A stretch of 17,710 nucleotides of DNA from Macrostomum lignano (Eukaryota), in the NCBI GenBank assembly GCA_002269645.1, contig NIVC01005247.1, positions 1-17,710 on the forward strand, given 5' to 3'. Within the stretch, counting starts at the first letter, position 1. Every line of letters begins with the position of its first letter. Positions 1 to 8,465 of this stretch are shown here, in pieces. The position numbers and the translations under genes were made by a program. A model generated the notes under the pieces. That model worked only from the letters and a program-made list of their open reading frames with translations, had not been told where the DNA came from and did not search any database.

Positions 1-401
1 ACACTATGTTGACGACACTTTTGCCATTTTCAAAGCGAACTCGTATCATGAACGGTTTCTTACCGCTCTGAACTCCACTCATAAAAACATCCAGACTTAG
101 CATACCGGAATCAATGTACATCAAGAATAAAAAAACAAGTCTCAATGTCCAGCTTATTCACAGTGGTGCGGGTCATTTGTTCAAGGTATTCTTAGTGTAG
201 GCACGAAGCATTGTAGTGCGCCCGCCTGTTTAAAACTTCCATCCAATGTACCTTCATAATTGGACAATCTGCCCCCCCTTTGGACTGTACAGAAACGTTT
301 TCTTATATAATTTGATGCATACGTGAAAAATAAAATATATCTCAGACGCTGAACATGGCCGCTGACTAAACCAAACGCGTTGGCTGACTGATTTAATTAA
401 A
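1..401 (+). mobile_element. Penelope-like element relic, partial at window edge (RT YVDD fragment, endonuclease C-terminus, 3' region)
   Basis: HYVDDTFAIF...FLTALNSTHKNIQ, then IPESMYIKNKKTSLNVQ in another frame (102-200). These resemble PLE RT motif C and the PLE C-terminal 'ES..IK...PSLN' motif. The 3' boundary is approximate (set at ATTAAA 396-401). Confidence 0.7.
342..387 (+). ncRNA. Degenerate minimal hammerhead-ribozyme-like motif (PLE pLTR type), present in every unit
   Basis: TCAGACG-CTGAACA-TGG..CC-AAA-CGCG-TT-GGCTGA. CUGANGA-like and GAAA-like boxes are both mutated, with a palindromic ACGCGT stem III, flanking TCAGAC/GGCTGA pairing (1 mismatch) and ATTAAA 9 nt downstream. Confidence 0.4.
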
Positions 402-630
402 GCAATCTATGTTGGTTTTGTTATTTATATTTCTGTGCTTACTCAAGCGAGCTACTTTTTAGCTCAACAAAAGCTTCTGATGCATTCTGACCTCTACGTT
501 ATGTCGGATATACGTTCAACTCTAGTTGTTGCCTTGATAGGGTTGATTCTGGGCATCTCTGCACTTCGCACCGACAATGATATTGTCATTTTCGTTGGGA
601 TTAAAATAGCAACAATGCAATTAACCGGTT

Positions 631-669
631 CTCTCTCTCTCTCGCTCTCTCTTGCTCTCTTTCTCTGTC
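631..669 (+). repeat. Interrupted (CT)n microsatellite, length-variable among units
   Basis: First (CT) run has 6, 7, 6, 6, 8 and 7 copies in units 1-6, followed by GCTCTCTCTTGCTCTCTTTCTCTGTC. Confidence 0.95.
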
Positions 670-776
670 GTTTGGAGCCATTCGACACTCATCTAATACC
701 CAAAAAGGAAATAATAAAAAAGACAATGAACGAACAGCTTCAACGGAAATAATAACGCATACTTCCTTTCAATCGG

Positions 777-782
777 TTTATT
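777..782 (-). terminator. Putative polyadenylation signal AATAAA of the peptide gene (also 3192, 5604, 11734, 14151, 16563)
   Basis: Plus-strand TTTATT is AATAAA on the minus strand, ~100 nt downstream of the TAA stop at 886-888. Confidence 0.65.
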
Positions 783-885
783 TTTCAGTTTTGAATCAAC
801 TGAATCGCAGGTTGTCAAAACGCACTCCTCCTATTCTAGGACAATCGACGGTCATGCTTCCATCGTTACCTTAATTAAAACAGAT

Positions 886-1071
886 TTATCCGCCATATCC
901 TTCGCAAGGTACAAAATCCCCTGCGCCAGCGCAACCCAAACCGCTATTACATAATTCAGGATAGCTGATGTAGCAGACTTCTTGCAAGCAGTAACAGCCT
1001 TGTCCATTGGCTGAATATGCTGCAAACGCAAGAAGCAACACCAGAAGAGAGAGGAAAGCTAGTCTCTGCAT
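886..1071 (-). CDS. Secreted cysteine-rich peptide precursor, 61 aa, copy 1
   Basis: MQRLAFLSLLVLLLAFAAYSANG|QGCYCLQEVCYISYPELCNSGLGCAGAGDFVPCEGYGG*. Classical signal peptide (basic N-terminus, Leu core, A-x-G cleavage site) plus 6 Cys. The true ATG is at 1069-1071; the ORF track's 81-aa version starts at a TTG. Confidence 0.8.
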   Translation of the reverse strand: MQRLAFLSLLVLLLAFAAYSANGQGCYCLQEVCYISYPELCNSGLGCAGAGDFVPCEGYGG

Positions 1072-1136
1072 TTGAACGGCGCTTGTTGCGATAAAAAAGG
1101 GACAAAACTTGCTGTCTCTTAGTGATTTCAATCAGC

Positions 1137-1168
1137 AATACTGCCAAATGCCCATGCAAGGCTATATA
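1137..1168 (-). promoter_or_regulatory. Putative core promoter of the peptide gene (TATA-like box and Inr-like site), repeated in each unit
   Basis: Minus strand TATATAG at 1168-1162. GCAGT with its A at 1142 lies 26 nt downstream. There is no ATG between 1142 and the start codon. CCAAT on the minus strand at 1268-1264. Confidence 0.5.
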
Positions 1169-1506
1169 GAAAATCAGTCCGGATGCGATAAGCAGATTTA
1201 TTATCGGAAAGCTCCTTATTTGGTATACACTGCATATACACACGCACACGCCTAGTAGCGATTATTGGTCGGACACACAATCTGAAAGATTTTAGAAATT
1301 AGCGATGTTGAATGAACAGGAAAGGCGATAAAGGTAAACAGGCAGAGCACTACGGTAGGAGCACTAGCAGAATGCCGATTCCGAATGCAGAGTTGCGTTA
1401 AGAAATTTCCACTGACACTGGCAGGTGGAGTCTGGCTGATCACCACTTTAGCATCGATAGCATACTATACGAGAGTATTTTAGGCACGGCGAGATAGGAA
1501 AACGAG

Positions 1507-1545
1507 TTGAAGATTGAAGATTTAAGATTGGAGATTGATTGAAGA
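1507..1545 (+). repeat. Degenerate 7-bp tandem repeat (TTGAAGA)
   Basis: TTGAAGA TTGAAGA TTTAAGA TTGGAGA TTGA TTGAAGA. Confidence 0.8.
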
Positions 1546-1855
1546 CGGAGCATCATTGACTTTGCTAGGGGTAAAATATCCAGCGCGACAGATAAAACAT
1601 TTTTTATTATCGATAGGAGATGGGTACAGGCAAGGTGCAAGGTGAGAATATTGAACATTAATTAGCTAGCCCAGGGAGGTGACGGTAAAATGACTGACCG
1701 CAAGCTACGTAGTGTACAAGTGTACATAAAAAGCTGCTTTGACTGGCCGACAAAACCATCAAGACAGCACTGCCTTGCAGCTTAATGAAAAGCGGTAGGC
1801 TGTGCGGCATTTTGCTTATTTTTAGGTTTGCATAATTAAGCTAAAGAGAGTAAAT

Positions 1856-1926
1856 CCAGAAAAGAGATGCTAAGCTGTGGACAAGAATGACGCTTAGCAC
1901 CTCTCCACAGACAATCCCGTTTCTGG
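1856..1926 (-). other. Crossing inverted repeats (pseudoknot-capable) inside an outer stem, present in every unit
   Basis: 1864-1875 pairs with 1892-1903 (12 bp; one A.C on plus becomes G.U on minus). 1876-1881 pairs with 1904-1909 (6 bp). 1856-1862 pairs with 1920-1926 (7 bp). Confidence 0.6.
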
Positions 1927-2082
1927 TTTATCCAGCCTGGGGCTGGTGCACATTTTCGGTTTGGGAGGCCGTAATTACGTGCTGGCTGCTGTCTGGTGCA
2001 GGTGCAATTGCGCGCGTGCACTATCCCTGGATGATAACGCTGAAGCCAAAGCTTTTTAAGCCCAGGCCGATAGCATACGGAT

Positions 2083-2370
2083 ATCGAGATGCTGTTAAGG
2101 AACGCCGAGACCTGGACGCTGACGGAATCGCTCGAACAGCAGGGTCGATGCGGCGCACGCTGGCCTGCTGCGCGCCGCCTTCAAGATCGGTTACGAGCGA
2201 GTCACCAATGCGGCACTCTATTGCTGCACCGGCCTGCTCCGTCCAAGCGAGCTGTTGTGCCGTCGGCGACTCCAGCTGGCAGGCCATATTTTATCCGAGC
2301 CGAGTCGTACTGCCCACAGCCGGTGCAGGAGGTGCTGCTGCTGACGCTGCAAGCACCCTACCGGCGGGGG
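2083..2370 (+). pseudogene. Degenerate RTE retrotransposon fragment (C-terminal coding part), copy 1
   Basis: Aligns by eye to 11178-11463 of the full-length element at roughly 85-90% identity, with frameshifts. Encodes NAETWTLT and IRAESYCPQPVQEVLLLTLQAPYRRG. Confidence 0.93.
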
Positions 2371-2814
2371 AAGCAGTGGATGACACCCTAAATTGTGCGC
2401 CTAGATTCTACAAACACTATGTTGACGACACTTTTGCCATTTTCAAAGCGAACTCGTATCATGAACGGTTTCTTACCGCTCTGAACTCCACTCATAAAAA
2501 CATCCAGACTTAGCATACCGGAATCAATGTACATCAAGAATAAAAAAACAAGTCTCAATGTCCAGCTTATTCACAGTGGTGCGGGTCATTTGTTCAAGGT
2601 ATTCTTAGTGTAGGCACGAAGCATTGTAGTGCGCCCGCCTGTTTAAAACTTCCATCCAATGTACCTTCATAATTGGACAATCTGCCCCCCCTTTGGACTG
2701 TACAGAAACGTTTTCTTATATAATTTGATGCATACGTGAAAAATAAAATATATCTCAGACGCTGAACATGGCCGCTGACTAAACCAAACGCGTTGGCTGA
2801 CTGATTTAATTAAA
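2371..2814 (+). mobile_element. Internally deleted Penelope-like element relic
   Basis: APRFYKHYVDDTFAIF...FLTALNSTHKNIQ (RT motif C region) is joined at ~2510 to IPESMYIKNKKTSLNVQ (PLE C-terminus), then a hammerhead-like motif (2755-2800) and ATTAAA (2809-2814). Confidence 0.72.
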
Positions 2815-3300
2815 GCAATCTATGTTGGTTTTGTTATTTATATTTCTGTGCTTACTCAAGCGAGCTACTTTTTAGCTCAACAAAAGCTTCTGATGCATTC
2901 TGACCTCTACGTTATGTCGGATATACGTTCAACTCTAGTTGTTGCCTTGATAGGGTTGATTCTGGGCATCTCTGCACTTCGCACCGACAATGATATTGTC
3001 ATTTTCGTTGGGATTAAAATAGCAACAATGCAATTAACCGGTTCTCTCTCTCTCTCTCGCTCTCTCTTGCTCTCTTTCTCTGTCGTTTGGAGCCATTCGA
3101 CACTCATCTAATACCCAAAAAGGAAATAATAAAAAAGACAATGAACGAACAGCTTCAACGGAAATAATAACGCATACTTCCTTTCAATCGGTTTATTTTT
3201 CAGTTTTGAATCAACTGAATCGCAGGTTGTCAAAACGCACTCCTCCTATTCTAGGACAATCGACGGTCATGCTTCCATCGTTACCTTAATTAAAACAGAT

Positions 3301-3486
3301 TTATCCGCCATATCCTTCGCAAGGTACAAAATCCCCTGCGCCAGCGCAACCCAAACCGCTATTACATAATTCAGGATAGCTGATGTAGCAGACTTCTTGC
3401 AAGCAGTAACAGCCTTGTCCATTGGCTGAATATGCTGCAAACGCAAGAAGCAACACCAGAAGAGAGAGGAAAGCTAGTCTCTGCAT
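3301..3486 (-). CDS. Secreted cysteine-rich peptide precursor, copy 2
   Basis: Translation identical to copy 1. Confidence 0.8.
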   Translation of the reverse strand: MQRLAFLSLLVLLLAFAAYSANGQGCYCLQEVCYISYPELCNSGLGCAGAGDFVPCEGYGG

Positions 3487-4497
3487 TTGAACGGCGCTTG
3501 TTGCGATAAAAAAGGGACAAAACTTGCTGTCTCTTAGTGATTTCAATCAGCAATACTGCCAAATGCCCATGCAAGGCTATATAGAAAATCAGTCCGGATG
3601 CGATAAGCAGATTTATTATCGGAAAGCTCCTTATTTGGTATACACTGCATATACACACGCACACGCCTAGTAGCGATTATTGGTCGGACACACAATCTGA
3701 AAGATTTTAGAAATTAGCGATGTTGAATGAACAGGAAAGGCGATAAAGGTAAACAGGCAGAGCACTACGGTAGGAGCACTAGCAGAATGCCGATTCCGAA
3801 TGCAGAGTTGCGTTAAGAAATTTCCACTGACACTGGCAGGTGGAGTCTGGCTGATCACCACTTTAGCATCGATAGCATACTATACGAGAGTATTTTAGGC
3901 ACGGCGAGATAGGAAAACGAGTTGAAGATTGAAGATTTAAGATTGGAGATTGATTGAAGACGGAGCATCATTGACTTTGCTAGGGGTAAAATATCCAGCG
4001 CGACAGATAAAACATTTTTTATTATCGATAGGAGATGGGTACAGGCAAGGTGCAAGGTGAGAATATTGAACATTAATTAGCTAGCCCAGGGAGGTGACGG
4101 TAAAATGACTGACCGCAAGCTACGTAGTGTACAAGTGTACATAAAAAGCTGCTTTGACTGGCCGACAAAACCATCAAGACAGCACTGCCTTGCAGCTTAA
4201 TGAAAAGCGGTAGGCTGTGCGGCATTTTGCTTATTTTTAGGTTTGCATAATTAAGCTAAAGAGAGTAAATCCAGAAAAGAGATGCTAAGCTGTGGACAAG
4301 AATGACGCTTAGCACCTCTCCACAGACAATCCCGTTTCTGGTTTATCCAGCCTGGGGCTGGTGCACATTTTCGGTTTGGGAGGCCGTAATTACGTGCTGG
4401 CTGCTGTCTGGTGCAGGTGCAATTGCGCGCGTGCACTATCCCTGGATGATAACGCTGAAGCCAAAGCTTTTTAAGCCCAGGCCGATAGCATACGGAT

Positions 4498-4784
4498 ATC
4501 GAGATGCTGTTAAGGAACGCCGAGACCTGGACGCTGACGGAATCGCTCGAACAGCAGGGTCGATGCGGCGCACGCTGGCCTGCTGCGCGCCGCCTTCAAG
4601 ATCGGTTACGAGCGAGTCACCAATGCGGCACTCTATTGCTGCACCGGCCTGCTCCGTCCAAGCGAGCTGTTGTGCCGTCGGCGACTCCAGCTGGCAGGCC
4701 ATATTTTATCCGAGCCGAGTCGTACTGCCCACAGCCGGTGCAGGAGGTGCTGCTGCTGACGCTGCAAGCACCCTACCGGCGGGG
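4498..4784 (+). pseudogene. Degenerate RTE fragment, copy 2
   Basis: Same as 2083-2370; terminal G run is G4 instead of G5. Confidence 0.93.
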
Positions 4785-5228
4785 AAGCAGTGGATGACAC
4801 CCTAAATTGTGCGCCTAGATTCTACAAACACTATGTTGACGACACTTTTGCCATTTTCAAAGCGAACTCGTATCATGAACGGTTTCTTACCGCTCTGAAC
4901 TCCACTCATAAAAACATCCAGACTTAGCATACCGGAATCAATGTACATCAAGAATAAAAAAACAAGTCTCAATGTCCAGCTTATTCACAGTGGTGCGGGT
5001 CATTTGTTCAAGGTATTCTTAGTGTAGGCACGAAGCATTGTAGTGCGCCCGCCTGTTTAAAACTTCCATCCAATGTACCTTCATAATTGGACAATCTGCC
5101 CCCCCTTTGGACTGTACAGAAACGTTTTCTTATATAATTTGATGCATACGTGAAAAATAAAATATATCTCAGACGCTGAACATGGCCGCTGACTAAACCA
5201 AACGCGTTGGCTGACTGATTTAATTAAA
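4785..5228 (+). mobile_element. Internally deleted Penelope-like element relic
   Basis: Same sequence as 2371-2814. Confidence 0.72.
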
Positions 5229-5712
5229 GCAATCTATGTTGGTTTTGTTATTTATATTTCTGTGCTTACTCAAGCGAGCTACTTTTTAGCTCAACAAAAG
5301 CTTCTGATGCATTCTGACCTCTACGTTATGTCGGATATACGTTCAACTCTAGTTGTTGCCTTGATAGGGTTGATTCTGGGCATCTCTGCACTTCGCACCG
5401 ACAATGATATTGTCATTTTCGTTGGGATTAAAATAGCAACAATGCAATTAACCGGTTCTCTCTCTCTCTCGCTCTCTCTTGCTCTCTTTCTCTGTCGTTT
5501 GGAGCCATTCGACACTCATCTAATACCCAAAAAGGAAATAATAAAAAAGACAATGAACGAACAGCTTCAACGGAAATAATAACGCATACTTCCTTTCAAT
5601 CGGTTTATTTTTCAGTTTTGAATCAACTGAATCGCAGGTTGTCAAAACGCACTCCTCCTATTCTAGGACAATCGACGGTCATGCTTCCATCGTTACCTTA
5701 ATTAAAACAGAT

Positions 5713-5898
5713 TTATCCGCCATATCCTTCGCAAGGTACAAAATCCCCTGCGCCAGCGCAACCCAAACCGCTATTACATAATTCAGGATAGCTGATGTAG
5801 CAGACTTCTTGCAAGCAGTAACAGCCTTGTCCATTGGCTGAATATGCTGCAAACGCAAGAAGCAACACCAGAAGAGAGAGGAAAGCTAGTCTCTGCAT
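5713..5898 (-). CDS. Secreted cysteine-rich peptide precursor, copy 3
   Basis: Translation identical to copy 1. Confidence 0.8.
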   Translation of the reverse strand: MQRLAFLSLLVLLLAFAAYSANGQGCYCLQEVCYISYPELCNSGLGCAGAGDFVPCEGYGG

Positions 5899-6908
5899 TT
5901 GAACGGCGCTTGTTGCGATAAAAAAGGGACAAAACTTGCTGTCTCTTAGTGATTTCAATCAGCAATACTGCCAAATGCCCATGCAAGGCTATATAGAAAA
6001 TCAGTCCGGATGCGATAAGCAGATTTATTATCGGAAAGCTCCTTATTTGGTATACACTGCATATACACACGCACACGCCTAGTAGCGATTATTGGTCGGA
6101 CACACAATCTGAAAGATTTTAGAAATTAGCGATGTTGAATGAACAGGAAAGGCGATAAAGGTAAACAGGCAGAGCACTACGGTAGGAGCACTAGCAGAAT
6201 GCCGATTCCGAATGCAGAGTTGCGTTAAGAAATTTCCACTGACACTGGCAGGTGGAGTCTGGCTGATCACCACTTTAGCATCGATAGCATACTATACGAG
6301 AGTATTTTAGGCACGGCGAGATAGGAAAACGAGTTGAAGATTGAAGATTTAAGATTGGAGATTGATTGAAGACGGAGCATCATTGACTTTGCTAGGGGTA
6401 AAATATCCAGCGCGACAGATAAAACATTTTTTTTATCGATAGGAGATGGGTACAGGCAAGGTGCAAGGTGAGAATATTGAACATTAATTAGCTAGCCCAG
6501 GGAGGTGACGGTAAAATGACTGACCGCAAGCTACGTAGTGTACAAGTGTACATAAAAAGCTGCTTTGACTGGCCGACAAAACCATCAAGACAGCACTGCC
6601 TTGCAGCTTAATGAAAAGCGGTAGGCTGTGCGGCATTTTGCTTATTTTTAGGTTTGCATAATTAAGCTAAAGAGAGTAAATCCAGAAAAGAGATGCTAAG
6701 CTGTGGACAAGAATGACGCTTAGCACCTCTCCACAGACAATCCCGTTTCTGGTTTATCCAGCCTGGGGCTGGTGCACATTTTCGGTTTGGGAGGCCGTAA
6801 TTACGTGCTGGCTGCTGTCTGGTGCAGGTGCAATTGCGCGCGTGCACTATCCCTGGATGATAACGCTGAAGCCAAAGCTTTTTAAGCCCAGGCCGATAGC
6901 ATACGGAT

Positions 6909-7196
6909 ATCGAGATGCTGTTAAGGAACGCCGAGACCTGGACGCTGACGGAATCGCTCGAACAGCAGGGTCGATGCGGCGCACGCTGGCCTGCTGCGCG
7001 CCGCCTTCAAGATCGGTTACGAGCGAGTCACCAATGCGGCACTCTATTGCTGCACCGGCCTGCTCCGTCCAAGCGAGCTGTTGTGCCGTCGGCGACTCCA
7101 GCTGGCAGGCCATATTTTATCCGAGCCGAGTCGTACTGCCCACAGCCGGTGCAGGAGGTGCTGCTGCTGACGCTGCAAGCACCCTACCGGCGGGGG
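6909..7196 (+). pseudogene. Degenerate RTE fragment, copy 3
   Basis: Same as 2083-2370. Confidence 0.93.
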
Positions 7197-7639
7197 AAGC
7201 AGTGGATGACACCCTAAATTGTGCGCCTAGATTCTACAAACACTATGTTGACGACACTTTTGCCATTTTCAAAGCGAACTCGTATCATGAACGGTTTCTT
7301 ACCGCTCTGAACTCCACTCATAAAAACATCCAGACTTAGCATACCGGAATCAATGTACATCAAGAATAAAAAAACAAGTCTCAATGTCCAGCTTATTCAC
7401 AGTGGTGCGGGTCATTTGTTCAAGGTATTCTTAGTGTAGGCACGAAGCATTGTAGTGCGCCCGCCTGTTTAAAACTTCCATCCAATGTACCTTCATAATT
7501 GGACAATCTGCCCCCCTTTGGACTGTACAGAAACGTTTTCTTATATAATTTGATGCATACGTGAAAAATAAAATATATCTCAGACGCTGAACATGGCCGC
7601 TGACTAAACCAAACGCGTTGGCTGACTGATTTAATTAAA
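7197..7639 (+). mobile_element. Internally deleted Penelope-like element relic
   Basis: Same as 2371-2814 except a C6 rather than C7 run. Confidence 0.72.
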
Positions 7640-7901
7640 GCAATCTATGTTGGTTTTGTTATTTATATTTCTGTGCTTACTCAAGCGAGCTACTTTTTAG
7701 CTCAACAAAAGCTTCTGATGCATTCTGACCTCTACGTTATGTCGGATATACGTTCAACTCTAGTTGTTGCCTTGATAGGGTTGATTCTGGGCATCTCTGC
7801 ACTTCGCACCGACAATGATATTGTCATTTTCGTTGGGATTAAAATAGCAACAATGCAATTAACCGGTTCTCTCTCTCTCTCGCTCTCTCTTGCTCTCTTT
7901 C

Positions 7902-7907
7902 TCTGTC
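7902..7907 (+). repeat. Left target-site duplication TCTGTC
   Basis: Empty units read CTCTGTCGTTTGG. The filled unit has TCTGTC at both 7902-7907 and 11621-11626. Confidence 0.9.
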
Positions 7908-8448
7908 TTAATTTATTTGCAGTCTTAATTTATTTGCAGTCTTAATTTATTTGCAGTCTTAATTTATTTGCAGTCTTAATTTATTTGCAGTCTTAATTTA
8001 TTTGCAGTCTTAATTTATTTGCAGTCTTAATTTATTTGCAGTCTTAATTTATTTGCAGTCTTAATTTATTTGCAGTCTTAATTTATTTGCAGTCTTAATT
8101 TATTTGCAGTCTTAATTTATTTGCAGTCTTAATTTATTTGCAGTCTTAATTTATTTGCAGTCTTAATTTATTTGCAGTCTTAATTTATTTGCAGTCTTAA
8201 TTTATTTGCAGTCTTAATTTATTTGCAGTCTTAATTTATTTGCAGTCTTAATTTATTTGCAGTCTTAATTTATTTGCAGTCTTAATTTATTTGCAGTCTT
8301 AATTTATTTGCAGTCTTAATTTATTTGCAGTCTTAATTTATTTGCAGTCTTAATTTATTTGCAGTCTTAATTTATTTGCAGTCTTAATTTATTTGCAGTC
8401 TTAATTTATTTGCAGTCTTAATTTATTTGCAGTCTTAATTTATTTGCA
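7905..8448 (+). repeat. 32 perfect tandem copies of GTCTTAATTTATTTGCA (17 bp) at the retrotransposon 5' end
   Basis: 544 bp = 32 x 17. Phase was checked at every 60-nt line start and no variant was seen. The first GTC is shared with the TSD. Confidence 0.98.
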
Positions 8449-8465
8449 CCACGGTGCAGATAAAT
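8438..8465 (+). other. 12-bp hairpin with CACG loop at the junction of the repeat array and the ORF
   Basis: ATTTATTTGCAC-CACG-GTGCAGATAAAT, with one G.U pair. The last two stem bases are the AT of ATG 8464-8466. Confidence 0.8.

Noticed and set aside
449-465. Small hairpin GAGCTA-CTTTT-TAGCTC
   Set aside because: A 6-bp stem is expected by chance and has no supporting context.
435-752. 105-aa hydrophobic ORF (and its 87, 90 and 147-aa versions)
   Set aside because: It starts at GTG, runs through the CT microsatellite, changes frame and length between units, and has no recognisable motif.
886-1002. Alpha-defensin homology suggested by CYC-X4-C
   Set aside because: Only the first three cysteines match. 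Alpha-defensins continue X9-C-X9-CC, are cationic and have a propiece.
1072-1131. N-terminal 20 aa (MKSLRDSK...) of the 81-aa track ORF
   Set aside because: It starts at TTG. The ATG at 1071 gives a proper signal peptide at the N-terminus.
1507-1545. 7-bp degenerate repeat as a functional element
   Set aside because: It is short and degenerate, consistent with ordinary slippage, and there is no evidence of function.
956-1658. Minus-strand ORFs of 97, 64 and 72 aa
   Set aside because: No motifs. They overlap the peptide gene or its promoter, and the 72-aa ORF is missing from the track in units 3 and 4.
1-2413. SL RNA, snRNA, 5S rRNA, tRNA or histone gene as the reason for the array
   Set aside because: I found no recognisable sequence of these genes on either strand. 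A covariance-model search would be needed to exclude divergent forms.
1887-2513. 208-aa ORF ending in a YVDD-containing segment
   Set aside because: It is a chance read-through of spacer, out-of-frame RTE relic and PLE relic, and is cut to 167 aa in units with G4.
7905-8448. CRISPR array
   Set aside because: The repeats are directly adjacent with no spacers, there are no cas genes, and the context is eukaryotic.
7905-8448. Repeat array as a hidden coding sequence
   Set aside because: The unit contains TAA on both strands and 17 is not a multiple of 3, so every frame hits a stop within three units.
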